Shown: positions 19,087 to 28,731 of the stretch, one piece after another | Layout of the letters: every line of letters begins with the position of its first letter | Numbering within the stretch: position 1 is the stretch's first letter | DNA from: Spirochaetaceae bacterium | GTDB taxonomy: Bacteria > Spirochaetota > Spirochaetia > DSM-27196 > SKKC01 | Assembly: GCA_007128315.1 (NCBI GenBank) | Contig: SKXQ01000020.1 | Location: forward strand, 1,421-65,420 | Length of the DNA: 64,000 bases | Direction: 5' to 3' | Made by a program: the position numbers and the translations under genes | The notes under the pieces: generated by a model | Told to the model about the DNA's origin: nothing | Databases searched by the model: none | What the model saw: the letters and a program-made list of their open reading frames with translations, nothing else

Positions 19087-20364
19087 TTACAGAGAACTAT
19101 GGAACGATGAAACCTGGAAAAAACTGAGTCTGAGTCTGTCCGGCTCGAAACCCCGGAAAACCAGACACAGGTCGATCACCGGTGTGTCTGAGGCGAGCGA
19201 CAGCGGTTCGGTCGTCCAGCTCCGGTATCCGCGCCAGTGCAGGCTGCGGGTGTTACCAACGGTACAACTTCCGAGCAGTTTACCGTCCGGACCGGTATCG
19301 CGGATTTCAATAACGCCAGCTGTCTCCTGGACAACGGGTGCGTAGGCGGCGAAGAAACTGATAGCCGGTGCTTCAGGCAGGTCGTGGACCGACGGGAAAC
19401 ACAGGTATGCGTCGCTGCCCGTGGGGCTTATGTCGAAGCCGTATCGGGGATTCGCATGCTTGCGCACGTGGGCGGATTCCATGAACCACGCCGCGTCAAT
19501 ACGGTTCAGTCGGGCATCGTAATGGCCAACCCCATGCTCGACGATCACCGGATCAACCTCCATGTGTCCATCGGCATGATAGTGAACATAACAGATACCA
19601 CTCGCGCGGTGATGTGGGGTCGGATCAAAGATAGTGAATGCATGAAACCACTGTCCCTTCCAGCTGAAAAAGCTGCCGTGGTCCGGGGATGCACCGATAT
19701 TGCCCTGCATACGATAAGGTCCGTACACGGATTCGGAGACTGCGTAGAACGACGCCCAGCTCAGATAATACAGTCCCTCGTGTTTATGAAGAAACGGTTT
19801 ATCGTCGGCACCGTCATCGAGAATGATCTTCTCCGGTTTTTCGGCAAGGGAGATCATGTCGTCGCCGAGCCGTGCTATGTAATAGCTGTCACCACCGGCC
19901 CAGACCGGCGTCCCGAAGACGATGTACGCCGACTGATCGTCGTCGTCATCGATGAATACAGAGGGATCGTAGGATCGGGTCGGGGTAAGATCGGCTGCAA
20001 GCAGAGGTTTCCCCAGGACATCCCGGAACGGGCCGCCGGGGTGATCGGCAACAGCAACACCGGTGTCGGTCATTCCGTTGGAGAAATACAGGTAGTACCG
20101 GCCGTTCCGTTCGGCTGCGTCGACTGCCCAGCAGCGGTGTGACGGACCCATGTACGTGTCATCCGGGCGCAGGGTTGATTCGTGCACCCAGCTGACGAGG
20201 TCGTCGGAAGACCAGATCTGCCAGTCGTTCATGACATAATCGGTGTTTACCGGTGATGCATCGTGACTCGCGTACAGGTAGGCCCGATTGTTGAAGATGT
20301 GAATGTGAGGGTCGCATACACCGCGGTCGCGTATTATCGGATTGGTTCTGAACAGTGACATCAT
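19087..20364 (-). CDS. Glycoside hydrolase family 43 (beta-xylosidase/alpha-L-arabinofuranosidase-like)
   Basis: 425 aa. N-terminal NPIIRDRGVCDPHIHIFNNRAYLYASHD plus CWAVDAAERNGRYYLYF, typical of the GH43 five-bladed propeller. Confidence 0.8.
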   Translation of the reverse strand: MMSLFRTNPIIRDRGVCDPHIHIFNNRAYLYASHDASPVNTDYVMNDWQIWSSDDLVSWVHESTLRPDDTYMGPSHRCWAVDAAERNGRYYLYFSNGMTDTGVAVADHPGGPFRDVLGKPLLAADLTPTRSYDPSVFIDDDDDQSAYIVFGTPVWAGGDSYYIARLGDDMISLAEKPEKIILDDGADDKPFLHKHEGLYYLSWASFYAVSESVYGPYRMQGNIGASPDHGSFFSWKGQWFHAFTIFDPTPHHRASGICYVHYHADGHMEVDPVIVEHGVGHYDARLNRIDAAWFMESAHVRKHANPRYGFDISPTGSDAYLCFPSVHDLPEAPAISFFAAYAPVVQETAGVIEIRDTGPDGKLLGSCTVGNTRSLHWRGYRSWTTEPLSLASDTPVIDLCLVFRGFEPDRLRLSFFQVSSFHSSL

Positions 20365-20813
20365 TCGCTCCTGGTGATTCTATGAATGAGTTCCCGCACT
20401 ACCGGGAAGGAGAAGGTAATACCCGACAACACCGAACCCGTCCCCAGGGTTCGGTATGCACTCACCGAGGTCGCTTGCCGGCTTATCCCGTAGAGAGCGC
20501 ATGCCCCTGCAATGCCTCCGACAGCGGTTAGCAGCATGTCGGCAAAACCCGGGACACCGAAACCGAAGGCGTCGGCGACCTCCTTGACGACACCTGCGGT
20601 CAGGGCTGTCACTGCGCCGGTGAGCGCAGCCGCGGTCTGATCCTCGTACAGCGTCATGTGTACGCCGCCTGCGACAAGCGCAACCGATATACCTGCTGCA
20701 ACGTGAAGCTCGCGGTTTCCGGGGCGTTCGGGATGAAGGTCGGAAGATGCCCGGGCGGAAACGGTCGATAACAGCAGCAGGGGAATCAGAAGGGAGGAGT
20801 GGGCTCGTAACAT
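20361..20813 (-). CDS. Hypothetical secreted/membrane protein
   Basis: 150 aa. Signal-like N-terminus (LLIPLLLLSTVSARA) and Gly/Ala-rich hydrophobic segments. ATGA overlap with the GH43 gene start. Confidence 0.5.
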   Translation of the reverse strand: MLRAHSSLLIPLLLLSTVSARASSDLHPERPGNRELHVAAGISVALVAGGVHMTLYEDQTAAALTGAVTALTAGVVKEVADAFGFGVPGFADMLLTAVGGIAGACALYGISRQATSVSAYRTLGTGSVLSGITFSFPVVRELIHRITRSE

Positions 20814-20819
20814 ACAGCC

Positions 20820-21341
20820 TTAATCCAACCGGGATTCAATCGCTGACGAGTATCTCTCCGCGAGTGCTCGCATGCGGCGCTCATGAACACCGAGATCGCC
20901 CTGTCCCATGCGGCTTGCGGCGCGGAAGTGTATTACCGGTTCGTCGTCCGGGAAATAGAACTCAACGTCATCCCGGAAACGGAAAATCCGTGACCGGAAT
21001 ACTGAATGCACGTAGTTTTCGTCATCCCGTTCTATGGTGACCCGCGCCTCGTCCTGCAGTATCGAGACGAGTGCTTCATGGGCCGCACTGCGTTCAACTT
21101 CACCATACGGCCAGGGGTCAAGCCGTGCGTACCCGCTTCCCCCGTAGGAAGATACGCAGTTCGGTGTTGCCGGACAGATCACGAGACGGGTCATATCACC
21201 ATCGGTTACAATTCCGCCGGCAACTGACCGGAAATTCTGTGCGACACCGAATGAAACGCCCGCAACTGCGAGCGCACCAAGCACGTACCATAGATATTGC
21301 ATAGTGATCGCAAGCCTACCCACCCGCCCGGACGTTGTCAA
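20820..21341 (-). CDS. DUF1499-like domain protein
   Basis: ATPNCVSS motif and C-terminal RAASRMGQGDLGVHERRM resemble DUF1499. An alternative start at 21302 (MQYLWYVLGALAVAG) gives an N-terminal TM anchor. Confidence 0.6.
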   Translation of the reverse strand: MTTSGRVGRLAITMQYLWYVLGALAVAGVSFGVAQNFRSVAGGIVTDGDMTRLVICPATPNCVSSYGGSGYARLDPWPYGEVERSAAHEALVSILQDEARVTIERDDENYVHSVFRSRIFRFRDDVEFYFPDDEPVIHFRAASRMGQGDLGVHERRMRALAERYSSAIESRLD

Positions 21342-21440
21342 AGACGCGTCGGATGGTCCTGGATGATATCTCAGGCCGGTAACAAGGCTGGTGCATCCGG
21401 TTGATGTCCCTGAGAAAACGTCGATAAGTGCGTTAAAACC

Positions 21441-22727
21441 TCACGGCTGTCCGTGGAACGCCTGCCACGAGAACCGGAAATGCTCTACCGCAGTCGCAGC
21501 GCGAAGTTCCGCACCGCGGTGTTGTCCCCCTGTGGATCGACCAGTAACGTGCCAGTGTGAACCGGTCGCGGTGTCTATAATGTTGCCGTTGCGCCGTTCG
21601 AACACGAGCGATTGATGTGGTTCGTCCAGATAGAACGCGGCGGCACTGCCAACGTCCCGGCCGTCGGGAATACGTGGTGTATCCAGCGCGCTGGCTGTAC
21701 CGGGAGACCAGAACACGACAATCTCGGCGTCCCCGACTGAAAACTGCATAACGCCGCGTTGGGACAGCTCGGAGTACCTGACTGCTCGGACGTCTCCGTC
21801 GTGATATACTGAAAGAATACGTTCCATCGGGTTTTCGCCGTCGGACACGACGTCAGGGCCTTGATACAGAAACGGACGTACCGATGTATCGTATCCTGCG
21901 TACGGGTTTCTTCCGTAATCCCGCTGGTGCCCCGTTTCCCGGGAGAGAACCTCGGCATCCGGATAGAATTCACGGACATCGGCCCACGAAAGCATACTCG
22001 ATGGCAACAGGCGCAGCTGCTGGCCTGCATGGTAGCCCGCAATCGACTGTCCTGTTGCCTGTATCCACCACGACTCCCGACTGCGATCGTACATGATCAT
22101 GTTGCTGTATATGAGTCGACCAGAGACGCCGAATTCGAGCGTGTCGCCGGCAAACCTGCGGTCAAAAACCATACCGGTATTGCAGAGCGGACAGTAGGTC
22201 ACCGTGACCGGGTGTCCCGAGACGGAGTCGTTGACAATTTCATGCCAGGTGAGGATTTGCAGAGGGTAGATTCGTGTAACGTTGCCCCGACGGTAGAGAA
22301 TCACTGGTTCCTGCGCGGTGAGCCAGCTGTCGGCTTCCCGCACGGAAATGAAGCGGGGGTTGTCAATCGACGGAATGCCGTCTTTTGGGGGCCCCCCCGC
22401 GATGATGTCGTCGAATGAAATGAGCGCTCGAGAGAAATCGGTGGAGAAACCCGAGGAGAGGCGGCGCTCGGGAGACTGATTCTGATGTTCGGGAGGTAGA
22501 TCAATCTCCGTCCAGACACCTGCGGTCGGCCCGAAGCGTGCAGCAATAGCGGTGAGCTGCCGCATTTCTTCAGCAGGTGGACTCATGACCGGTCCGCGGT
22601 TGTCCGCCGACGGCGAAGGAACAGCATCAGCCTCCCGGGAGGCCTCTTCCCTTCGCCCCAGTGCAACAAGAACGGTCGATGCCGTGAGGCAAAGAATGAC
22701 GACCAGCAGCAAATTTCGACTTTTCAT
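21441..22727 (-). CDS. DUF3179-like domain protein, secreted
   Basis: PKDGIPSIDNPRF and VTYCPLCNTGMVF motifs. Start taken at MKSRNLLLVVILCL (22727), which gives a signal peptide and an ATGA overlap with the upstream gene. The longer ORF to 22958 was rejected. Confidence 0.7.
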   Translation of the reverse strand: MKSRNLLLVVILCLTASTVLVALGRREEASREADAVPSPSADNRGPVMSPPAEEMRQLTAIAARFGPTAGVWTEIDLPPEHQNQSPERRLSSGFSTDFSRALISFDDIIAGGPPKDGIPSIDNPRFISVREADSWLTAQEPVILYRRGNVTRIYPLQILTWHEIVNDSVSGHPVTVTYCPLCNTGMVFDRRFAGDTLEFGVSGRLIYSNMIMYDRSRESWWIQATGQSIAGYHAGQQLRLLPSSMLSWADVREFYPDAEVLSRETGHQRDYGRNPYAGYDTSVRPFLYQGPDVVSDGENPMERILSVYHDGDVRAVRYSELSQRGVMQFSVGDAEIVVFWSPGTASALDTPRIPDGRDVGSAAAFYLDEPHQSLVFERRNGNIIDTATGSHWHVTGRSTGGQHRGAELRAATAVEHFRFSWQAFHGQP

Positions 22728-23608
22728 GCCTGTACGCTCCTTCCGGCTGAATCGGGAACAACGGGTGCCACAGCCGGTAGTGGTCCCGATGCGATCAGCA
22801 CGACACCGATCCCAAGAAGAATCAGCCCGCCACCACTGAGAAGTGAGAGGCGATAGCCCGGAATCAGGATTGAGTATGTAAGAATGGGCAGTGCAACGAA
22901 ACTCATGTCGTACGCGATTCCCATGATCGAAGCCCGACAATGCCGAAGATACGACCATTGTATGAACGCGAAGGCAAGACCTGCGACGAGGAAACTACCG
23001 GCAAGGACGATGAGGGCAGGCCCCGGACCGGGAATGAAGCGCGCAGAGACCCCCGAACGTTGAGCGACTCCCTTCAGAAGCGCGTCGAGTGCTGCAAACC
23101 CGCCTGCAGCCAGACCGAAGAACAGTTCCTGCACGGTGACCCGGATCGTCCGGGTCAGGACTGCAATCAGGAATCCGCCGATTATCCACGCAGCGACGAT
23201 TGCGAGGAGCGGATTGATCTGGGCGAGCGTCAACGAAAGCGATCCATAGTGGAACTCCGCCAGGCCGAGAGCGGCGGTACCGCTTACCGTCACGAAGGCT
23301 CCGACTATCTGGCGCGGGTGCAGGTGTTCGTGCAGGACGTATCTCGAAAACACGAGCAGAGCGAGCAGGCCGGACGCGTACATACTGGAATACACGACGG
23401 GAGACGCGAAGAGGTTTGCGACCATGATCCACACCGGGGCGGAGAAATTCAGGACCACTCCCGTCAGGTAGATCGTCCGGGTCTTTCCCGCGCGATGGTG
23501 AAGTTCCGGCACCTTCGACCGCTGTATACCGAGTTTCATGAGACCTTTTGACAGGTGCACAACCGATGATCCGGTTATACCGATTATGATCGCGAATACA
23601 ATGTCCAC
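22724..23608 (-). CDS. Polytopic membrane protein, DMT-superfamily/NIPA-like
   Basis: 294 aa with about 9 hydrophobic segments. N-terminal IIGITGSSVVHLSKGLMKLG resembles NIPA-type Mg transporters. Confidence 0.5.
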   Translation of the reverse strand: MDIVFAIIIGITGSSVVHLSKGLMKLGIQRSKVPELHHRAGKTRTIYLTGVVLNFSAPVWIMVANLFASPVVYSSMYASGLLALLVFSRYVLHEHLHPRQIVGAFVTVSGTAALGLAEFHYGSLSLTLAQINPLLAIVAAWIIGGFLIAVLTRTIRVTVQELFFGLAAGGFAALDALLKGVAQRSGVSARFIPGPGPALIVLAGSFLVAGLAFAFIQWSYLRHCRASIMGIAYDMSFVALPILTYSILIPGYRLSLLSGGGLILLGIGVVLIASGPLPAVAPVVPDSAGRSVQA

Positions 23609-23622
23609 GTGGTCTGCTCCTG

Positions 23623-24363
23623 TTATACCCGCTGCGACCCCTGGTCATCCGCCCGATCGAGGTCTGGTTCGTCGATTGTATCCCGCAGCGCACGTCGCGC
23701 TACGATCGTGATTCTGTAGGTCGCGTACACGGTGGCAATCAGACCGAGACCGTACAGCGACCACTCAAGTGGAGAGGTAGCGGTATCGGTCGCTCCGAGT
23801 TCGGCGATTCGTCGCGCAAGGCTGCCGATGTACGTGTACACAAAGACTCCCGGTAGCATGCCGGTCAGCGATGCCAGGACGTAGGGTCCCAGGCGAACCT
23901 TCGTGAGTCCGTATACATAGTTCGATATACTGAAGGGAACGAGCGGCGAAAGGCGGAGCAGAAACACGACCCGCCCGCCTTCCTTCCCGACAGCGCGGTC
24001 CACCGCCTTCAGCATCGGTCGTTTTTCGACCGTGCGAGCTACCCAGTCCCGTAGAAGCGTCCTGCCGAGGATAAAGGCAACGGCCGCGCCAAGCGTCGCT
24101 GCGATCGACGTGTACAGGGTGCCGCGGACCACACCAAAGACTGCACCGGCTCCCAGAGTCAGAATTGATCCGGGAATCAGTAGGACGCAGATCAGAACAT
24201 AGAGTGCGGCATAGACGAACGGACCCCAGATACCGATGGAGTCGATCCAGTTCAGCGCGTTTCGAAGGTGTGTCGTTGCATCGAAGATAACTGCGGCAGC
24301 AATGATACCTGCCAGGACTGCAATCGCGACGATTGTTTTAACCAGATGTGCGGGCCGTTTCAT
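23623..24363 (-). CDS. TVP38/TMEM64 (DedA-related, VTT domain) membrane protein
   Basis: LLIPGSILTLGAGAVFG, RLSPLVPFSISNYVYGLT. Confidence 0.8.
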   Translation of the reverse strand: MKRPAHLVKTIVAIAVLAGIIAAAVIFDATTHLRNALNWIDSIGIWGPFVYAALYVLICVLLIPGSILTLGAGAVFGVVRGTLYTSIAATLGAAVAFILGRTLLRDWVARTVEKRPMLKAVDRAVGKEGGRVVFLLRLSPLVPFSISNYVYGLTKVRLGPYVLASLTGMLPGVFVYTYIGSLARRIAELGATDTATSPLEWSLYGLGLIATVYATYRITIVARRALRDTIDEPDLDRADDQGSQRV

Positions 24364-25868
24364 TCGTTGGATCCTCCAGGCTGCAATGGTCCTCTCCCTC
24401 TGTAGCGGAACAGGGTTCGCAGTACACGACGGACTCTGTCGTTGAACAGACGCGGTGCGAGGACCGATGAGACTGCTCGCGGATAGATCTCACTGAGCGT
24501 CGGATAAGGTGTCATTCCTGACCGAAGGGACGAGAACTTTGCTCTGTTTTTGACAGCGTGCAGGCCGGGGGCAAGGAGCTCACCTGCGCCGGGAGCAGCG
24601 ATCTGTACCCCGATAACCCGGTCTTTCCGGTCAAGTATGACTTTCATGAGTCCGTCAGCCTCATCCTCGGCATGGGCCCGGTCTACGCTGTCGAATGCCT
24701 GCCGTATGACCGAGCAGGGGATTCCCTCGGCCTGTGCGGAAGCTTCGGTGTGCCCCGCTGATGCGAGTTCAGGGTCTGTGTAGGTAACCCACGGTACGGT
24801 TCTATAGTCCATGTTTCCACCGGCGTGTAAGGCGACGCGGCGGACGACGACAGCAGCCTCGGCGCCCGCAACGTGCGTGAAGGGAAACTTGCCGTTGACG
24901 TCACCGATCGCGTAGATGTGCTTGCGGGCCGTTCTCAGCTTCCTGTCAACCGGGATAAACCCGCCGCGACCAACCGAAAGGCCTGCAGCTTCCAGATTCA
25001 AGTCTTCTGTGTTGGCTCTGCGTCCGGCGGCGACAAGCAGCGAATCGCCTCGAAGTTCGCTGCTCTGTCCGTCGTGGTCGACAGTGACGGTAAAGCCGGC
25101 CTTTCCGGTGTGGGTTACAGATGTCACCACAGTCCCGGTGTGCAGTGCGATACCCGTTTTTTCGAGCCGGGTCGCTATAATCCGGGCCATGTCTTCGTCG
25201 TCGCGAGGCAGGATGCGTGGAGCCATTTCTACCACGTGAACCTGCACACCGAGATGCGAGAAGGCCTGGCTGAGCTCTATACCGATGGGTCCTCCGCCGA
25301 GAACGATCATGGTTCCCGGAAGCTCCGGCAGGGAAAACACGTCACGGTTGGTCAGATACGGTGTGCCTTCGAGTCCGGGTATCGGCGGTATGGCTGCACG
25401 ACTCCCCGTCGAAATAACGATCTTCGGTGCAGAAAGGACGGTACCGTTGACGTTGACTTCGTGGGCGGATACGAATCGGGCCGGCCCGAGGATCACGTCG
25501 GCACCGAGTGACTCAAATCGCTCCGGTGAATCGTGATGGGCTATGGACTGTACGACGGAGGCAATATAGTCGTTGACCTTCTGTATGTCCGCAGGCGGCT
25601 CCGTAACCGCGCTGGCGGCAAATACTTCGGACCGCCGTGCACCATAGTATGTGCTCGACGCGTGCAGAAGCGCTTTACTCGGTACACATCCGAAATGCAG
25701 GCAGTCTCCGCCCATATGTTCGCGTTCCACGAGCGCTACCTTCATGCCGAGCTGTGCGCAGCCCGACGCGACAGTCAGTCCTCCGGAACCGCCGCCGACC
25801 ACAATCAGATCGTGAGTTTGTTTCACACGCCTCTCCTGAAAGAAACAGATTGATTTTTGTATATACAA
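24360..25868 (-). CDS. Pyridine nucleotide-disulfide oxidoreductase (dihydrolipoamide dehydrogenase/mercuric reductase-like)
   Basis: DLIVVGGGSGG FAD motif, redox-active CLHFGCVPSK, second Rossmann motif VLGGGPIGIE, C-terminal dimerisation domain. ATGA overlap with the TVP38 gene. Confidence 0.85.
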   Translation of the reverse strand: MYIQKSICFFQERRVKQTHDLIVVGGGSGGLTVASGCAQLGMKVALVEREHMGGDCLHFGCVPSKALLHASSTYYGARRSEVFAASAVTEPPADIQKVNDYIASVVQSIAHHDSPERFESLGADVILGPARFVSAHEVNVNGTVLSAPKIVISTGSRAAIPPIPGLEGTPYLTNRDVFSLPELPGTMIVLGGGPIGIELSQAFSHLGVQVHVVEMAPRILPRDDEDMARIIATRLEKTGIALHTGTVVTSVTHTGKAGFTVTVDHDGQSSELRGDSLLVAAGRRANTEDLNLEAAGLSVGRGGFIPVDRKLRTARKHIYAIGDVNGKFPFTHVAGAEAAVVVRRVALHAGGNMDYRTVPWVTYTDPELASAGHTEASAQAEGIPCSVIRQAFDSVDRAHAEDEADGLMKVILDRKDRVIGVQIAAPGAGELLAPGLHAVKNRAKFSSLRSGMTPYPTLSEIYPRAVSSVLAPRLFNDRVRRVLRTLFRYRGRGPLQPGGSNE

Positions 25869-25927
25869 GTGCTAAGATAACACGTACACACCTGCGAATC
25901 AAGTGCAGGAGCAATGGGAGAATTCAC

Positions 25928-26806
25928 ATGAAACGGGAACATTTCACGGTATCTTCGAGCATCAAACGGCTTTTATCCGGGCTGTGCACCGTCATCGTAC
26001 TTGGAATCGGCGCGGTTCCGTTGCTGACTGCGGCTCCACAGGCAGAACTGTGGCCGAGATGGGAAGCACACGACAGCGCCAGCAGTACGGTTGTCGATCA
26101 TAGTGAATGGGGGTTGTTTCTTGACCGCTATCTCGTTACCGGCACCTCATCGGGAGTAAACCTGGTAAGATACGCTGACGTGTCTGCTGGCGACAGACGT
26201 GTGCTGCAGAACTATATCGAGCGCCTGTCGAGCGTCGCGGTATCGGAGCTCGATCGGGACGAACAGATGGCATACTGGCTGAATCTGTACAACGCGCTTA
26301 CCATAGAACTTGTACTTGAGCACTATCCGGTGGACAGTATTCGGGACATAAACATCTCCGGCCCGGTGTTCAATCGCCATCCCTGGGATGCGTCGCTGGT
26401 TCGCGTCGAGGGCGAGGATCTTTCGCTGAACGACATTGAACACAGAATCATCCGACCGATCTGGCAGGACCCCCGGATACACTACGCGGTCAACTGCGCG
26501 AGTATAGGCTGTCCGAATCTTCACCCTGAACCCTTTACGGGTGAGAACTACCGACGAATCTTTGACAATGCCGCCCGCGACTACATCAACAATCCCAGAG
26601 GTGCACGCTTCGAAGGGACGCGGCTTCACCTGTCAGAGATCTTCAACTGGTACTCAGAGGACTGGGACGACAGCATGGAGGTGATTGTCGATCATCTGCT
26701 TGAGTATGCCGAAGGTGACCTTGCGCGAAATCTTCGCTCGTTTGCGGAGGGCGGATATAGGGGGAGAGTGCGGTATGCCTATGACTGGTCCTTGAATGAG
26801 CCGTAA
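25928..26806 (+). CDS. DUF547-like domain protein, secreted
   Basis: Start at MKREHFTVSSSIKRLLSGLCTVIVL (signal-like). YWLNLYNALT and HYAVNCASIGCPNL motifs. The upstream 97 codons of the ORF overlap the divergent reductase gene and were rejected. Confidence 0.7.
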   Translation: MKREHFTVSSSIKRLLSGLCTVIVLGIGAVPLLTAAPQAELWPRWEAHDSASSTVVDHSEWGLFLDRYLVTGTSSGVNLVRYADVSAGDRRVLQNYIERLSSVAVSELDRDEQMAYWLNLYNALTIELVLEHYPVDSIRDINISGPVFNRHPWDASLVRVEGEDLSLNDIEHRIIRPIWQDPRIHYAVNCASIGCPNLHPEPFTGENYRRIFDNAARDYINNPRGARFEGTRLHLSEIFNWYSEDWDDSMEVIVDHLLEYAEGDLARNLRSFAEGGYRGRVRYAYDWSLNEP

Positions 26807-26824
26807 GCGTATATATAAGCATAA

Positions 26825-28117
26825 TCAAAGCAGATAGGTTGCTGCGGCCTCCATGACTCGCGTAGCGACGGATATCTTTGAAGCCAGTGGAATCTCTATT
26901 TCTGTACCATCCGGCAGCAGAATGATCATCTGGTTCGTGTCGGTCTCGAAACCGGCGCCCTGAACCGAGACGTCGTTCACGGCGATCATATCGGCTCCGG
27001 CCCGAAGCATGCGGGCTCTCGCGTCCGCCGTCAGATCGTAACGACTCAACCTGTGCTGAGCGCGGAACGCAATGATTCTGACCTTCGTATTCTGTGTGCG
27101 AACCGCATCGATGATTTTCGGGGTTGGTACAAGGTCGATCTGCAGCGAAGTCATACCGTTGGTCGGTGTTTTTCGCGTGTCCGGATTCCGCGCCTTCCAG
27201 TCTCCCACCGCCGCGGCAGCGATCAGTATGTCCGTTTCGTTGTGGTCCGGCTTTGTTCGCACCAGAACCTCGTTCATCATCTCCTCGGCGCTCTCAACCC
27301 GGACGACGCGAACCCCCTGGGGCGGTTCTACCGTGCCTTTCCCGTAGACCAGCGTCACGTCCGCCCCGGCATGGTAGGCTGCGCGAGCGAGTGCCACGCC
27401 CATCTTCCCGCTGGAGTTGTTTGTAATGACCCGTATAGGGTCGAGGTACTCGACCGTTCGTCCGGCAGTAATCAGCACCGACCGTCCTGCGAGCGGCGAC
27501 TGACGACCTGTAATCCCCCGGATGCATGCATCGACTACGTACTGCGTGTCAGCCATTTTCGCCTTCCCCTCGATAACGGGGGCTTCGATGATCCCGATGC
27601 CGAACTCACGGGTTATCTCCATGTTTCGCAGGACCGCCGGGTTGTGGTACATGGGTTCGTGCATGGCCGGGGCGAGGAGGATCGGGATGCCCTGACCAAG
27701 TGCTGTCGTCGCAAATGTCGTCGGTACGGTGTCGTCGATACCGCTCGCGATTTTGCCGATCGTATTGGCGGTGCACGGTGCGATCAGGAGCAGATCGGCC
27801 CGTGAGCTGCTGTTTCCCGCCAGAGCGACGTGCTCGTTGGCACCGCTGAGTTCGACCACCGGTGTATTTCCGGTCGCCCAGTGTACCAGCTTCGGACCGA
27901 TGAACTCACACGCGGCGCGGCTCATGACCGGCAGGACTGCCGCGCCATGCCGTATGAGCTCACGGGCGATTTCGAGCGAGCGCATGACAGCAACACTCCC
28001 GGTAAGACCAATAATGATGGTGCGCCCTTCAAGTATCCGGCTTATGCTGCCGTGAATCGTATCGTCCGGTGAGTGTTCCATTATCTGACGGTATACGACT
28101 GCGCGCGGTTTTGTCAT
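26825..28117 (-). CDS. coaBC: Bifunctional phosphopantothenoylcysteine decarboxylase / phosphopantothenate-cysteine ligase
   Basis: Flavoprotein N-domain (IIIGLTGSVAVMRSLEIARELIRHGA, APAMHEPM) plus DFP ligase C-domain (ITAGRTVEYLDPIRVITNNSSGKMG). An alternative start at 28081 is possible. Confidence 0.9.
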   Translation of the reverse strand: MTKPRAVVYRQIMEHSPDDTIHGSISRILEGRTIIIGLTGSVAVMRSLEIARELIRHGAAVLPVMSRAACEFIGPKLVHWATGNTPVVELSGANEHVALAGNSSSRADLLLIAPCTANTIGKIASGIDDTVPTTFATTALGQGIPILLAPAMHEPMYHNPAVLRNMEITREFGIGIIEAPVIEGKAKMADTQYVVDACIRGITGRQSPLAGRSVLITAGRTVEYLDPIRVITNNSSGKMGVALARAAYHAGADVTLVYGKGTVEPPQGVRVVRVESAEEMMNEVLVRTKPDHNETDILIAAAAVGDWKARNPDTRKTPTNGMTSLQIDLVPTPKIIDAVRTQNTKVRIIAFRAQHRLSRYDLTADARARMLRAGADMIAVNDVSVQGAGFETDTNQMIILLPDGTEIEIPLASKISVATRVMEAAATYLL

Positions 28118-28194
28118 CAGTTCAAGGCGTTATTTGTACACATGTATCTACAAAAAGTCTTGTGTCAGCCCGGATAGGGTGCTAATCTGTACTC

Positions 28195-28704
28195 ATGAAT
28201 GTTTCCTGTACGCAAGCTTTGAGAGAAGAGAACACGATTCTGCTTCGACAGCTGCAAGCGCTGTTAGGTGCAATAACACGAACCGACTATCAGCGCGCCG
28301 AGGGGCCGTTTGAGCGAGGGGGAATCGGTAAACACGTGCGGCACATCCTCGACCATTGTTCTGCGCTTCTGGATTCAGACGGGGAGGTTGTTGACTACGA
28401 GACACGTCGCCGGGACGCACGGATCGAAACGGATCCTGCTGCCGCGGCGGGCTCCTGCGAGCAGATGATTCAGATCCTGCAGAATACCGGAGTACAGCGA
28501 TCGAAGCTCGTGGTGCGGAACGTCTGGGATGCCGGTGAGGGACTCATAGCGACAAGTTTTGAGCGCGAACTGCAGTTTCTCTCCTCACATACCGTACACC
28601 ATATGGCGCTTGTTTCGTTCATTCTCAGGTATCTCGAGCTACCTGTACCGGAAGATTTCGGCGTTGCCTTTTCAACCCTGCGATACGAAGCGTCGAGCCG
28701 GTAG
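28195..28704 (+). CDS. DinB-superfamily protein
   Basis: 169 aa. His triad context (IGKHVRHILDH ... SSHTVHHMA) typical of the DinB four-helix bundle. Confidence 0.6.
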   Translation: MNVSCTQALREENTILLRQLQALLGAITRTDYQRAEGPFERGGIGKHVRHILDHCSALLDSDGEVVDYETRRRDARIETDPAAAAGSCEQMIQILQNTGVQRSKLVVRNVWDAGEGLIATSFERELQFLSSHTVHHMALVSFILRYLELPVPEDFGVAFSTLRYEASSR

Positions 28705-28731
28705 GATGACGCGTATCGGTACCGTCGACCC

